From the NCBI RefSeq assembly GCF_000008645.1, contig NC_000916.1, positions 390,001 to 422,000 of the forward strand: 32,000 bases of DNA, written 5' to 3'. The notes below the pieces were generated by a model. The model was not told the DNA's origin. It searched no databases and saw only the letters and a list, made by a program, of their open reading frames with translations. The position numbers and the translations under genes were made by a program. This DNA comes from Methanothermobacter thermautotrophicus str. Delta H. Lineage in GTDB: Archaea; Methanobacteriota; Methanobacteria; Methanobacteriales; Methanothermobacteraceae. Positions 10,766-19,907 of the stretch are shown here, piece by piece (position 1 is the first letter of the stretch; each line of letters starts with the position of its first letter).

Positions 10766-12007
10766 CTATTCCACCCTTCCAGCGCCCCTGAGCATCAGGG
10801 ACCTTTCTATCCTGGCTATGAAGTACTTCATCCTCAGGATCTTATCCGGGCTTGTGGATATACCGTCAACACCCATCTCAACAAGTCTCCTGACTAGCAT
10901 GTAGCTGGTTGCAGCGTATCCAGCGGCGTAGACATTCACACCACCCTCATGACAGGCGCCTATAACATCTTCCACCAGTCCAAGCACTGCATGGTGTGAG
11001 AGGTTAAAGAGGCCGGCCACGCGGGTGCTTCTGCGGTCAACTGCAAGGCTGCACATTGTGAGGTCACTCATGCCAAGGGATATGAAATCAGCGCCAGCGG
11101 CCAGGAGTTCATCAATCTGGAGGGCCACCGATGGTGTCTCCACTGATGCCCCGACCACTATATCCCTGTGGGGCGTGATTCCTGACTCCTCCAGGAGTTC
11201 AACTGCAGTCACGTACTCATCCACGTCCCTGAGAAATGGGAACTTAAGCTGGAGGTTCCTGTAACCAGAATCCAGGAGGTTCCCCAGGGCCTCAAATTCA
11301 GCCATCAGGATCTCAGGTTCCATCAGGTCCCTTGTTATGGCCCTCATCCCAAGGAACGGGTTCCTCTCAGAGGCTTCGAAGGAGCCCCTGAGATTTGTGA
11401 GCTCATCAACAGGGATATCGAAGGTCCTGAATATGACGGGTTTAGGGTGAAAGGCCTCAAGTATCTCCCTGAGCCCCTTCTCAAGGACTCCTGCCAGTTT
11501 TCCCTCTTTCAGGAGGAGGTGGGGGTGTTTCCCGGTCTCTATCACCATATTTTCTATCCTTACTGAGCCGACACCGTCTGCGAATTCAGCCACCTTTGGT
11601 GCCAGCCAGGGAAAGTTGAGGTTTACCATGACATCGGTGGCTGTCTCATGGAAACCGGGGGTATCCTCAGCCTTCACCCAGTCCATCACCCCGCGGTAGA
11701 TCCCCCCTGTTTTTCCATCAACAGTTACTATCATACCTTCACGGAGGACCTCAGTGGCAACCTCTGTTCCAAGGACACAGGGTATGCCAAGCTCCCGGAG
11801 GGTTATCGCGGCGTGACTTGTGAGGCCGCCGTAGTTTGCTATGACAGCGCCTGCCCTCCGGATCTCCGGTAGCATGTCCCGGGATATCTTCCTGAAAACA
11901 GCCACCTCTCCCCATTCAAGGTTCCTCGCGTCCTCGAGGTTCCTTATTATGCGGACCCTTCCACTGCTCCTGCCTGCACCCGCACCAATACCCCTCAGAA
12001 TCTGCAT
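10766..12007 (-). CDS. PEP-utilising enzyme-like protein (phosphohistidine swivelling domain plus PEP-binding barrel), lacking an ATP-grasp domain
   Basis: IANYGGLTSHAAITLRELGIPCVLG, followed by VRIENMVIETGKHPHLLL, NPFLGMRAI, PFLRDVDEY and ADFISLGMSDLTMCSLAVDRR. Confidence 0.8.
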   Translation of the reverse strand: MQILRGIGAGAGRSSGRVRIIRNLEDARNLEWGEVAVFRKISRDMLPEIRRAGAVIANYGGLTSHAAITLRELGIPCVLGTEVATEVLREGMIVTVDGKTGGIYRGVMDWVKAEDTPGFHETATDVMVNLNFPWLAPKVAEFADGVGSVRIENMVIETGKHPHLLLKEGKLAGVLEKGLREILEAFHPKPVIFRTFDIPVDELTNLRGSFEASERNPFLGMRAITRDLMEPEILMAEFEALGNLLDSGYRNLQLKFPFLRDVDEYVTAVELLEESGITPHRDIVVGASVETPSVALQIDELLAAGADFISLGMSDLTMCSLAVDRRSTRVAGLFNLSHHAVLGLVEDVIGACHEGGVNVYAAGYAATSYMLVRRLVEMGVDGISTSPDKILRMKYFIARIERSLMLRGAGRVE

Positions 12008-12456
12008 GAATATATATCTGTTTTATCACAGTAAAATAATCTTTTCAGTATGGTGAGGTTTCTTCTACTTTTTTGTTCACGTGAGCGCTGACATCTTTGC
12101 ATGGCAAAGGGTTTCCTCTGATTTTTTCAGAGTGGATTCCTGGATTGATTACTGCCTGATGAGGAATGAGGTATGACCACGTGTGCTCTGTTGACATGTA
12201 TGTTGTCTCCCTTCTGCTGCAGAAATCCCTTTCAGTATTTAAGTGTTTCGGTTTTTTGGTGTGTTTGTGTTGTTTTTCTGGTCTTTTTGGGTCTGTGTTT
12301 TGTTTTTTTGTTCTTTTTTGTGTTTGTTTGAGTACCTCGAGTCTTTTCTGAGTCTGTGTGTCTTTGTGGTGATTTTGTTTGTGTTTCTGGGTTTGTTGGT
12401 GGTGCTTGAACTTGTCGTATATAGTGAGGAGAAACAATTCTATCCGAGGTGATTTT

Positions 12457-12804
12457 ATGTGTAATGAAATGGATAATGGTAGAATATATATTATTACGAG
12501 GCACCAGAGTACTGTGCACTGGATACTGGCTAAACTGAATGGTAAGGGCCTTGACCGGGACGTCTTCGTGACTGGTCATCTTAGTAATGAGATGATGCTG
12601 AGGATGAGAAAAGGTGATATTGTTTACGGTATTCTCCCTATCCACCTGATCCGGAGGTTACTCCGTAAGGGTGTTGAGTACTTCCATGTGGTTCTCCCTC
12701 ATGTCCCGTATGAGCTTCGTGGTAAGGAGCTGACTCTGAAACAGGTTAAGGAGTTTGGTGGTCAGATCTGGAAGATTGATGATATTAAATGTTTTAAGGT
12801 TTGA
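12457..12804 (+). CDS. csx16: Csx16-like (VVA1548 family) CRISPR-associated protein, no cas genes alongside
   Basis: RIYIITRHQSTVHWIL...FVTGHLSNEMMLRMRKGDIVYGILPIHLIRRLLRKGVEYFHVVLPHVPYELRGKELTLKQVKEFG matches the remembered family pattern RHxGAxxW / HL / GDxVxGtLPvhL / RGxxYxHLxLxLPxExRGxELs. ATG at 12457 preceded by GAGGTGAT; ORF track begins further upstream at 12379. Confidence 0.75.
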   Translation: MCNEMDNGRIYIITRHQSTVHWILAKLNGKGLDRDVFVTGHLSNEMMLRMRKGDIVYGILPIHLIRRLLRKGVEYFHVVLPHVPYELRGKELTLKQVKEFGGQIWKIDDIKCFKV

Positions 12805-12810
12805 TGAATA

Positions 12811-12900
12811 ATGGTTCGAATTAATGGATTACCTCTTTTTGGAGTCATCGGTGTTATGGGATTATTTATGGTTGATGAAGCTTTTGTTGATGTTTTTTGA
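12811..12900 (+). CDS. Putative 29-aa hydrophobic small protein MVRINGLPLFGVIGVMGLFMVDEAFVDVF
   Basis: Short ORF starting 7 nt after the csx16-like stop, preceded by AAGGT. Coding status uncertain. Confidence 0.3.
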   Translation: MVRINGLPLFGVIGVMGLFMVDEAFVDVF

Positions 12901-12966
12901 GTAGGTGGAGCTGTTAAAGATGGTAGATTTAGAAAGACAGAATAAGTTACCGGACGGGTTTATGTC

Positions 12967-13764
12967 ATGTCAGATATTGATGATGAAACGGCTGATGTAC
13001 TGGTGGAGCTAGTTAATGAGTATGAATATGAACACCTGCTTGATAAGGAATCAGTTAATGATGGATGGAAACGTTTCACTGAGGCATTCTATGATGATAA
13101 TAAGGAGATGCTGTGTGATACGGCATTTAATTATGTTATAGATGGTATGCCCGATGATGGGATTAGAGAGGTTTTTAGTAGGACCTACCTGGATAACAGG
13201 GAGTACATTATTTCATCCTTCAGGTATGATGAAGACTTTATTGCATATTTTGATGCAGATTATATGGATCTTGATCTGAGTAACGTGGATTTAGGGGATT
13301 TTGATCCTCTAATGGTCAGGTCATGGTTTATTGATATGTTGCTACCTGTTGCACTGTATATCACTGAGGTCATGGTTGATTTTTCTTATGATCTGGAGTC
13401 GTATTGTAGCGTCTACACCTTTACGGTTGAGGACGGTGAGATTGTTGATGTGGAGTTCAATGAACGGTTTATTGATGGTGAAGGTATGATGGACCTATCA
13501 GAGCACAGCCTCTTGGAGAAACTGGATGAAATAAAGAACCCCTTCGACATGAACAGGAGAATGAGAAAGATCTGCAGCACAGATGTGGGGCGGGAAGAGG
13601 CACTCAGAATGTCTTATTTCTTTGATTGTGTTGATTGTGAGGTCAAAGTGGATATCCTGAAGTACACCTTTGATTTCCTCTGCCGGCTGGCACCCGATGA
13701 GACAGCCTCATATTACATATCAAAGGCAAGAGATCACATGTTTGAGATTTACCAGATAGAATGA
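12967..13764 (+). CDS. Hypothetical strongly acidic protein of unknown family
   Basis: 265-aa ORF rich in Asp/Glu/Tyr, co-directional with the csx16-like gene. No recognised domain. The 5' end may lie at 12920 in another frame (see findings). Confidence 0.7.
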   Translation: MSDIDDETADVLVELVNEYEYEHLLDKESVNDGWKRFTEAFYDDNKEMLCDTAFNYVIDGMPDDGIREVFSRTYLDNREYIISSFRYDEDFIAYFDADYMDLDLSNVDLGDFDPLMVRSWFIDMLLPVALYITEVMVDFSYDLESYCSVYTFTVEDGEIVDVEFNERFIDGEGMMDLSEHSLLEKLDEIKNPFDMNRRMRKICSTDVGREEALRMSYFFDCVDCEVKVDILKYTFDFLCRLAPDETASYYISKARDHMFEIYQIE

Positions 13765-13876
13765 TTCTCTGACGCGGAAAAAACGCAGATAGATGGATTT
13801 ATTACAGAATAAGAAGTGGTTGCCAGCATATTCAGGATCTCTAAATTAGATCATCATGATCCCGGTGAAAAGCCTC

Positions 13877-14314
13877 TCATTCAGATTTTCTGGAGGATCT
13901 GGCTTCAATGAAACTTAAAATATACTCTGAATAGAGGTCGAAGTCTTCAAGGCGGTTTGCAAGGACCTCTGCAATTATGGCAGGGTCAACATCCGTATAC
14001 ATGTGGACAAGAATGTTTCTCAGACCAGCAGCTTCAGAGAATCGCTCTGCAAATTCATGTGGAAGTATTCTGTGCTTTTCAAGGATCTCAATGATGTCTC
14101 TGTAGGTCTCGGGCTTTTCAAGATCCTCCATTGAGATAATAATCTCCCCAGTATCCAGAGCAGATTCAATGGCAAGCTGGAGGTTTCTCTCAATTGCAGA
14201 TCTCAGGAGGTAGTCCTCTGAAAGTTCTCTTTCTGATGCCCTGTGTTCTTTAAGGAACTCAACATAGGAGTTCATGATCTTTATTCTATTAGCGACCCTC
14301 TCAATATCATTCAT
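13877..14314 (-). CDS. HepT-like HEPN-domain protein (putative toxin)
   Basis: Internal Met of ORF 13877..14410 gives MNDIERVANRIKIMNSYVEFL..., with SAIERNLQLAIESALDTG and the catalytic-type RX4HXY motif RNILVHMY. Confidence 0.8.
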   Translation of the reverse strand: MNDIERVANRIKIMNSYVEFLKEHRASERELSEDYLLRSAIERNLQLAIESALDTGEIIISMEDLEKPETYRDIIEILEKHRILPHEFAERFSEAAGLRNILVHMYTDVDPAIIAEVLANRLEDFDLYSEYILSFIEARSSRKSE

Positions 14315-14768
14315 GGCTGTCGTCTCTCCTTTCAATGTACCTGGATACCCATCTCCTGTCATAGTATCTTCTATCCAGGTACCTTGAGAGTATGTAGTGT
14401 TCAAAGTCAACCTTCACGGACTTATTTTCAATTAAAGGCTTTCTAGACTTTATTATTTCATAATTAAGATTTACAGGAGCATCATTCATTATTACAAGGT
14501 CAATCCTGTCAGATTTGAGCAGAGATGTAAGTTCTGATATTAATTCAAGTTTCACCTTGGACCTTTCAACCCTATCCAGATCATCATCAAGGAGTACTCC
14601 GATGTCAATGTCACTTAGAGGTCCTCCCCTTTCAGATGCCATCGAACCGAACAGGTAAGCCATCTTAACCTGAGCCTTATCTTTAAAGTAGCGCCTCAGC
14701 ATCTCCATGACATCTTTCATGTGATTCCATATAAGGCCGATGCCATATACAATTTTCGTCGTGAGCAC
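14307..14768 (-). CDS. MntA-like minimal nucleotidyltransferase (putative antitoxin)
   Basis: AYLFGSMASERGGPLSDIDIGVLLDD is the nucleotidyltransferase GSX10DXD signature. Overlaps the HepT-like start by 8 bp. Confidence 0.8.
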   Translation of the reverse strand: MLTTKIVYGIGLIWNHMKDVMEMLRRYFKDKAQVKMAYLFGSMASERGGPLSDIDIGVLLDDDLDRVERSKVKLELISELTSLLKSDRIDLVIMNDAPVNLNYEIIKSRKPLIENKSVKVDFEHYILSRYLDRRYYDRRWVSRYIERRDDSHE

Positions 14769-14923
14769 TAGATGGACTCTGCACCTGCAGTAATCGGATG
14801 TTGATATGGCTGTTAATTAAATAAATGATATAGCTCTTTATTCTCTATTTAAGAAGTTTTTCGTGGAAGGAATGTAAATCTCTGTATCTGCATTCAGTTA
14901 CTGAAAAAGTAGAACTGGAGGAT

Positions 14924-15793
14924 TCAGTAGTCAATGTAGTCAAAGCGGCTCTCAAGTATCATAACGATTGCAAAGCCAGTGATGGCTATTACAGCCGATA
15001 TTATGATTGAGTAGGTATCAACCATTGATATCTTGTTGTAGGGCAGCCTGAGGGTGCCTATCATGAGCCCCACAAGGAATGACATGGTGATGGCCTCATG
15101 GTTCCTGAGGAGGTAGTCGAGGACCCTCGAGAAGCTCATTATACCTATGGCCGCACCTGCAATGAAGGTCACAATTTCAACTATGGCCAGCCTGTTAAGA
15201 ACCCCGAGCATGTACTCGTACTGGTTCAGGAGAAGGAGAAGAAAGGCTCCTGATATACCTGGCAGTATCATGGCGCATATCGCCACAAAACCTGATATGA
15301 AGATCACTGGCAGGGTATGGTTTGCCTGTATAGGGTTAAGGCCCACAAAGAGGTAGGCGAATATCAAGCCTGCTCCACCGGCTGCAAGATTCTTAACCGA
15401 AAGGCCATTGATCTTCTGGTAGACTATGTATGCCGATGCAAGTATTAGGCCTGAGAAGAAGGCGTAGGTGTATGCTACGTAGTTTGTTATGAAGAAAAGT
15501 ATGACCTTGGACAGCGTCAGCATGGCGAATGCTATACCTGTGAGGAGTGGTATGAAGAGTTCAAAGTCAACCTCATCCCTCATGGATTCCCGGGCACCTG
15601 CAAGGTCACCCCTGAGGAGTGGCTTTATGAATCCAAATTTTATGCTGCTTATCGCATGCACCAGCCTCTCATATATACCTGTTATGAGTGCTATGATCCC
15701 TCCTGAAACCCCGGGCATCACATCCGCGCTTCCCATGAAAAGTCCGCGAAGGAATATTGCCAGAAAACTCCTGAATTTTTCATAGTAATCCAT
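14924..15793 (-). CDS. DUF368 membrane protein (polyprenyl-phosphate transporter-like)
   Basis: RGLFMGSADVMPGVSGGIIALITGIYERL, then MILPGISGAFLLLLLNQYEYML. Start set at Met31 of the ORF, which has GGAGG upstream. Confidence 0.85.
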   Translation of the reverse strand: MDYYEKFRSFLAIFLRGLFMGSADVMPGVSGGIIALITGIYERLVHAISSIKFGFIKPLLRGDLAGARESMRDEVDFELFIPLLTGIAFAMLTLSKVILFFITNYVAYTYAFFSGLILASAYIVYQKINGLSVKNLAAGGAGLIFAYLFVGLNPIQANHTLPVIFISGFVAICAMILPGISGAFLLLLLNQYEYMLGVLNRLAIVEIVTFIAGAAIGIMSFSRVLDYLLRNHEAITMSFLVGLMIGTLRLPYNKISMVDTYSIIISAVIAITGFAIVMILESRFDYIDY

Positions 15794-15879
15794 CAGAATC
15801 CTCCATCCCTGGAATTGAAGAAGATATTTATGACCTTCAAGCATATAAAGATGTGGTATTTTCAGTAGTCGGGCCTCAG

Positions 15880-16749
15880 TCACCAGACCTCTGAGGAGTG
15901 CTTCCTCAGAACCTCGACTATACTGTTCACCTTACCCTCACCGAGCATGAGACGGCTTCTTGATATGTGGTCGGGGATCTGGCAGGGCTTCATTATCAGG
16001 CAGTATTCGTCATCCTCGATGATGGTGCAGGAGCTGTTGATGAATGCCACAATTGCATTTACCCATGAGACGTAGATGTCCTCTGATTCAAGGAACTCCT
16101 TGAGTATGGCGGCATTTCTCTTTGACTGGATGGATGGTGATCTTATCTCCTCCTTCCTGAGGTCGTCATCCAGGAACCAGCGGTCACCCCTCACTATATA
16201 GTTTCCTGAGTAGGATTTTGTCTCGATCACATAGACCCCTGTGGGCCCCACAACAACGTGATCGATGTTTCCGTGGGCACCTGGCAGGTGAACGTCGTTG
16301 AAGATGTGATATCCTTGCGGGAGCCTTCTGAGGCAGCTGGCCACTATGAGTTCACCCACATAACCTTTTGTCCAGCCCATACCCCTCATTTCACCTGTCC
16401 TCATGATTGCAAGGGACAGTAACATGATGGTAGGGCCGGCCAGGACCAGAATTATGGCCCATTTAAGACCTGTGATTAGAAGTAGTATGCCTGAGGCGAA
16501 GGTGATTGCAGCCAGAGGGAGGGCCCAGTGCCCCATACCCGAGAGCCTCCAGTACCTCTCAGCCTTCTTCTGGGTGTGGGTCCTCTTAAAGGATTCTGGA
16601 ACACTCTTTGTCAGGTTACGGTACTCGTTGAGGCTGTTAACGTAGAGTAGAAGTGACCCGCACTCGTCGCACATGTAGAATACCCAGAATTCCTCTTCAG
16701 AGTTGATCTGCCAGTAGTGGTTACAGTTCTCACATATGAGGTAGGCCAT
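15880..16749 (-). CDS. NERD-domain membrane protein with an N-terminal zinc ribbon
   Basis: ICENCNHYWQ...CDECGSLL, two hydrophobic segments, then GYVGELIVASCLRRLPQGYHIFNDVHLPGAHGNIDHVVVGPTGVYVIETKSYSG. Confidence 0.8.
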   Translation of the reverse strand: MAYLICENCNHYWQINSEEEFWVFYMCDECGSLLLYVNSLNEYRNLTKSVPESFKRTHTQKKAERYWRLSGMGHWALPLAAITFASGILLLITGLKWAIILVLAGPTIMLLSLAIMRTGEMRGMGWTKGYVGELIVASCLRRLPQGYHIFNDVHLPGAHGNIDHVVVGPTGVYVIETKSYSGNYIVRGDRWFLDDDLRKEEIRSPSIQSKRNAAILKEFLESEDIYVSWVNAIVAFINSSCTIIEDDEYCLIMKPCQIPDHISRSRLMLGEGKVNSIVEVLRKHSSEVW

Positions 16750-16826
16750 GATATCACTTAAAGACGATTTCCATTCTTAGTTATCGGAGGAGTTCATTAT
16801 ATCTTTTTCCTTGAGGGCGGTTTTGT

Positions 16827-17023
16827 GATTACATAACAATATGCTTGATGCATGATAAAGGCGCAGGTTCTAAGGGTGATACTGGTCATGAAATCTGGGT
16901 GAAGAGGGTTTCTGTTTAATCCTCTGGTTCATGCAGTGGTAGTGTACCTGGATAGATCTTTATGTAATCTTCAGAGTGAGAACATTACTTAGAACATTCC
17001 GATATACTGATCTTTATGTAATC
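16827..17023. repeat. TTATGTAATC motif, three copies in 200 bp upstream of a ribbon-helix-helix gene
   Basis: gattacataa at 16827-16836 (reverse orientation) and the identical 15-mer gatctttatgtaatc at 16955-16969 and 17009-17023. Confidence 0.7.
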
Positions 17024-17243
17024 CTATGAGGGTACCCAACCGTATATTGGCTCCATGTAGAATCTGGCCTTTATTTTTTCCTGCGACTATTGCCATCCCA
17101 TGATTTTGTTTCTCTTTAGCAATCCTGCAGTCATCCTTTAAACCTGGTTTTGCATCAGAACTGAAGAGCAGAAGGGAAAACGGCCCCAGATTCTAAAGTT
17201 TTATAAGTGCCGGAGACCAAGTTTATGTAAGGGGTGTAATCTT

Positions 17244-17405
17244 ATGGTTGGAAGGAGACCCGGAGGAGGACTTAAAGACACGAAACCCGTTGTTGTCAGA
17301 CTCTACCCTGATGAAATAGAGGCCCTTAAAAGCAGAGTCCCGGCAAATACAAGCATGAGTGCCTACATCCGCAGGATAATTCTCAATCACCTGGAAGATG
17401 ATTAA
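17244..17405 (+). CDS. Small ribbon-helix-helix (CopG/Arc-like) DNA-binding protein, 53 aa
   Basis: MVGRRPGGGLKDTKPVVVRLYPDEIEALKSRVPANTSMSAYIRRIILNHLEDD, a beta-strand followed by two helices. Preceded by AAGGGGTGTAAT. Not in the supplied ORF track. Confidence 0.65.
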   Translation: MVGRRPGGGLKDTKPVVVRLYPDEIEALKSRVPANTSMSAYIRRIILNHLEDD

Positions 17406-17945
17406 CAACTATTTTTTAATTAGTAATATCATAATTTTATCCATCATTTAATTTTTATCTGGAGGCATTGCAATCGGTGAAGGTGCTGTAAGGTGGTGAT
17501 GTATATCCTCTGATGGTCCTGACCGGGACTCCATCACACCATTCCTGATAGGTGTGAACTTAAAGTGAAAGTCCTTCATGGATTTGTGTCACACCTTCAG
17601 TTCGACCTTTTAATTTTTGCAGGGTAAAGTTGTGCGGGAATTGGGTAATTAAACCGTTCAGTATATATGGTGCTGGTGATTTACACCCATTTGAGACCAT
17701 TTTCATTTTTCATGCTAAACTCAGAATAACCTTCGTTAAACGATAATATAGCGAAGTTGAATATTTCCTGTTCCTCCAATTTTCGTGTCATGGGGTAGAG
17801 AGTATATGTTTATCAGAACTCATTAAATTCGGAGGCTGACATACCATGTTCACCCCCTCGAGAGAGGAGTATGTATTTATCAGAGAATCGGAATGATGTT
17901 TTTCTGTTTCCTTTAGGGTTCAGGTGGCAGGGAGTTTTTCTGATT

Positions 17946-17981
17946 CTTATGTAACAGGAATCTATGTCACAGTTACATAAG
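17946..17981. repeat. Perfect 10-nt inverted repeat cttatgtaac ... gttacataag with a 16-nt spacer
   Basis: Direct reading of 17946-17955 and 17972-17981. Confidence 0.7.
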
Positions 17982-18144
17982 GACTCTCAGGATCCTGCAA
18001 AACTCATTCATCGGTTAGCGAAAAATCATGAGACTTTAACATGAAGGCATGAAATTTCTTTCAGTTCTTGCTTTATCTGGTTATCCGCCATGGCGTATCA
18101 GTTCCAGCAGTATTCCATTTCTACTTTATCGCTGTACCAGAATG

Positions 18145-19809
18145 TTACACAGGGAAGCTTATCCTGAACTCAGTGCCATGATCCCGTCTGATGGTGAGGG
18201 TTCCATCCAGCTGCTCGGTGAGTATACTCACCAGGCTGAGACCCAGGGTATCAGTGTTCTCAGGCTCAATATCCTCAGGTAAACCAACACCATCATCAGC
18301 AACCACCAGCGAAACATCATCATCATGGGATCTGATCCTCACCGTCACACTGCCGGTCCCATCAGGGAAGGCGTACTTGACACTGTTTGTCACAAGCTCA
18401 TTTATTATGAGGCCAAGGGGTATCGCAGTGTCAATATCTGGTTTTATGTCATCAACTTCAATAACCTTCCTTATGCTGCTCCCATGGGAGATGATTATAT
18501 CCTCCACCAGCCTCTCTACATAGTCCCTGAAGTTGATGCTGGCAAGGGATTCTGAACGATAGAGGTGCTCATGTATCATTGCCATCACCTTTATGCGTCC
18601 CTGGCTTTCCATCAGCACATCGCGGACCTCTTTACCCTCTGTTCCAAGGCTCTGGAGGTTCAGGAGACTTGATATTATCTGGAGGTTGTTCTTGACCCGG
18701 TGGTGCACCTCCCTTAAGAGGAGTTCCTTCTCACTGAGGGATCTCCGGAGATTCTCCTCAGCCTCCTTGATTTCCGTGATATCCACCATGGAGGTCACGC
18801 TTTTCGCGGTGCCCGGGATCATGCCCACTATCATCTGCATGTGCCTGACTTCACCGTGCCGGTTTTGAAATCTGAAGGTGTACCTTCTAGGTGCGAGGCG
18901 CGGATCCCTCCTTCGGATTTTATGATACTCCATCATCCTTTCAAGGTCCTCGTCCACCACGAACTCGGTCCAGCTCTTTTTCCCCTCTATCTCATCCCCT
19001 GAGTAGCCGCTCAGTCTCTCAAATTCTCTGTTGGCAAGGATTATGGTGGTGTCCTCATCCACTATGGTGGTCGCAGCCCCGGTGTTCTCGAATATGGTCC
19101 TGTAGAGTTTTTCCTTCTCCTCGAGTTCCTCTTGAAGCTGTTTTTCCTTTGCGCGGTCCTCATAAACCGCCACCACCTCACCTGAGGGTAATCTGTACAC
19201 GAAGTTTTCCCTCCAGCCACTTATTCTCTCGTCCCGGTACTCTGTGAGGGGGTAGTGCTCAGGATTTCCCGTCCTGTATACTCTCCTGAGGACATCAAGG
19301 AGTCCGAACTCCTCCACACCGGGAAACACCTCAGTCACCCTTTTTCCAAGGACATCCTCCCTCTTAATCCTCTCAGTCTCCTCAGCGGCCCTGTTGAAGT
19401 CAGTGAATAGGAAATCCTCACCATCATCCACGGCCTCATAGACTGCGACACAGGTATTGATATTCTCAAAGAGTTCTCTGTAGCGTTCCTCCTCCAGAAC
19501 AAGTCTCCTGATGATAAAATCCATACACGCCTTAATTTCCTCTGTTCCAGGTGGCTTTTCAAGGCATCCATGGGGGCAGGTTACAACAACGTTCTCATCA
19601 AAGTCCAGGAGGTACATGAATGGTACCCTGATGTCGCATGAAGCCCATCGGCTGACCCTAGCAGGGGTTGTGTATATCAGTACCGTGTCGGCCTCGGCGG
19701 CTCTTTCAATTTTGTCGGCGACGGTCACCTCAACTCCGGCGGAGCTGAGCTTCTCCAGGAGATCAGACACATCGGCTTCAGTGTCCCTTACGAGAAGGAT
19801 CCTGAGCAT
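18145..19809 (-). CDS. Sensor histidine kinase: degenerate receiver-like N-terminus, two PAS domains, HisKA_2 plus HATPase
   Basis: [33 protein letters not shown], and PAS-like segments ending [14 protein letters not shown]. Confidence 0.85.
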   Translation of the reverse strand: MLRILLVRDTEADVSDLLEKLSSAGVEVTVADKIERAAEADTVLIYTTPARVSRWASCDIRVPFMYLLDFDENVVVTCPHGCLEKPPGTEEIKACMDFIIRRLVLEEERYRELFENINTCVAVYEAVDDGEDFLFTDFNRAAEETERIKREDVLGKRVTEVFPGVEEFGLLDVLRRVYRTGNPEHYPLTEYRDERISGWRENFVYRLPSGEVVAVYEDRAKEKQLQEELEEKEKLYRTIFENTGAATTIVDEDTTIILANREFERLSGYSGDEIEGKKSWTEFVVDEDLERMMEYHKIRRRDPRLAPRRYTFRFQNRHGEVRHMQMIVGMIPGTAKSVTSMVDITEIKEAEENLRRSLSEKELLLREVHHRVKNNLQIISSLLNLQSLGTEGKEVRDVLMESQGRIKVMAMIHEHLYRSESLASINFRDYVERLVEDIIISHGSSIRKVIEVDDIKPDIDTAIPLGLIINELVTNSVKYAFPDGTGSVTVRIRSHDDDVSLVVADDGVGLPEDIEPENTDTLGLSLVSILTEQLDGTLTIRRDHGTEFRISFPV

Positions 19810-19907
19810 TTCTCACACGCCCTCCATGGTCTTCAATGGGATTCACATACCTATTAAGTTAATTGTGATTCTGTGTTCAGGAATGACCGGTAGGTTCCCT
19901 GTTTCCA

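Noticed and set aside
12045-12645. Minus-strand ORFs rich in K, T, Q, N and H
   Set aside because: Their composition follows from the T/G-rich tract on the + strand, and they overlap the csx16-like gene antisense, so no convincing protein is present.
12045-18144. CRISPR array in the accessory region, prompted by the Csx16-like gene
   Set aside because: No regularly spaced 25-37 nt direct repeats were seen; only short 15-17 nt motifs with uneven spacing.
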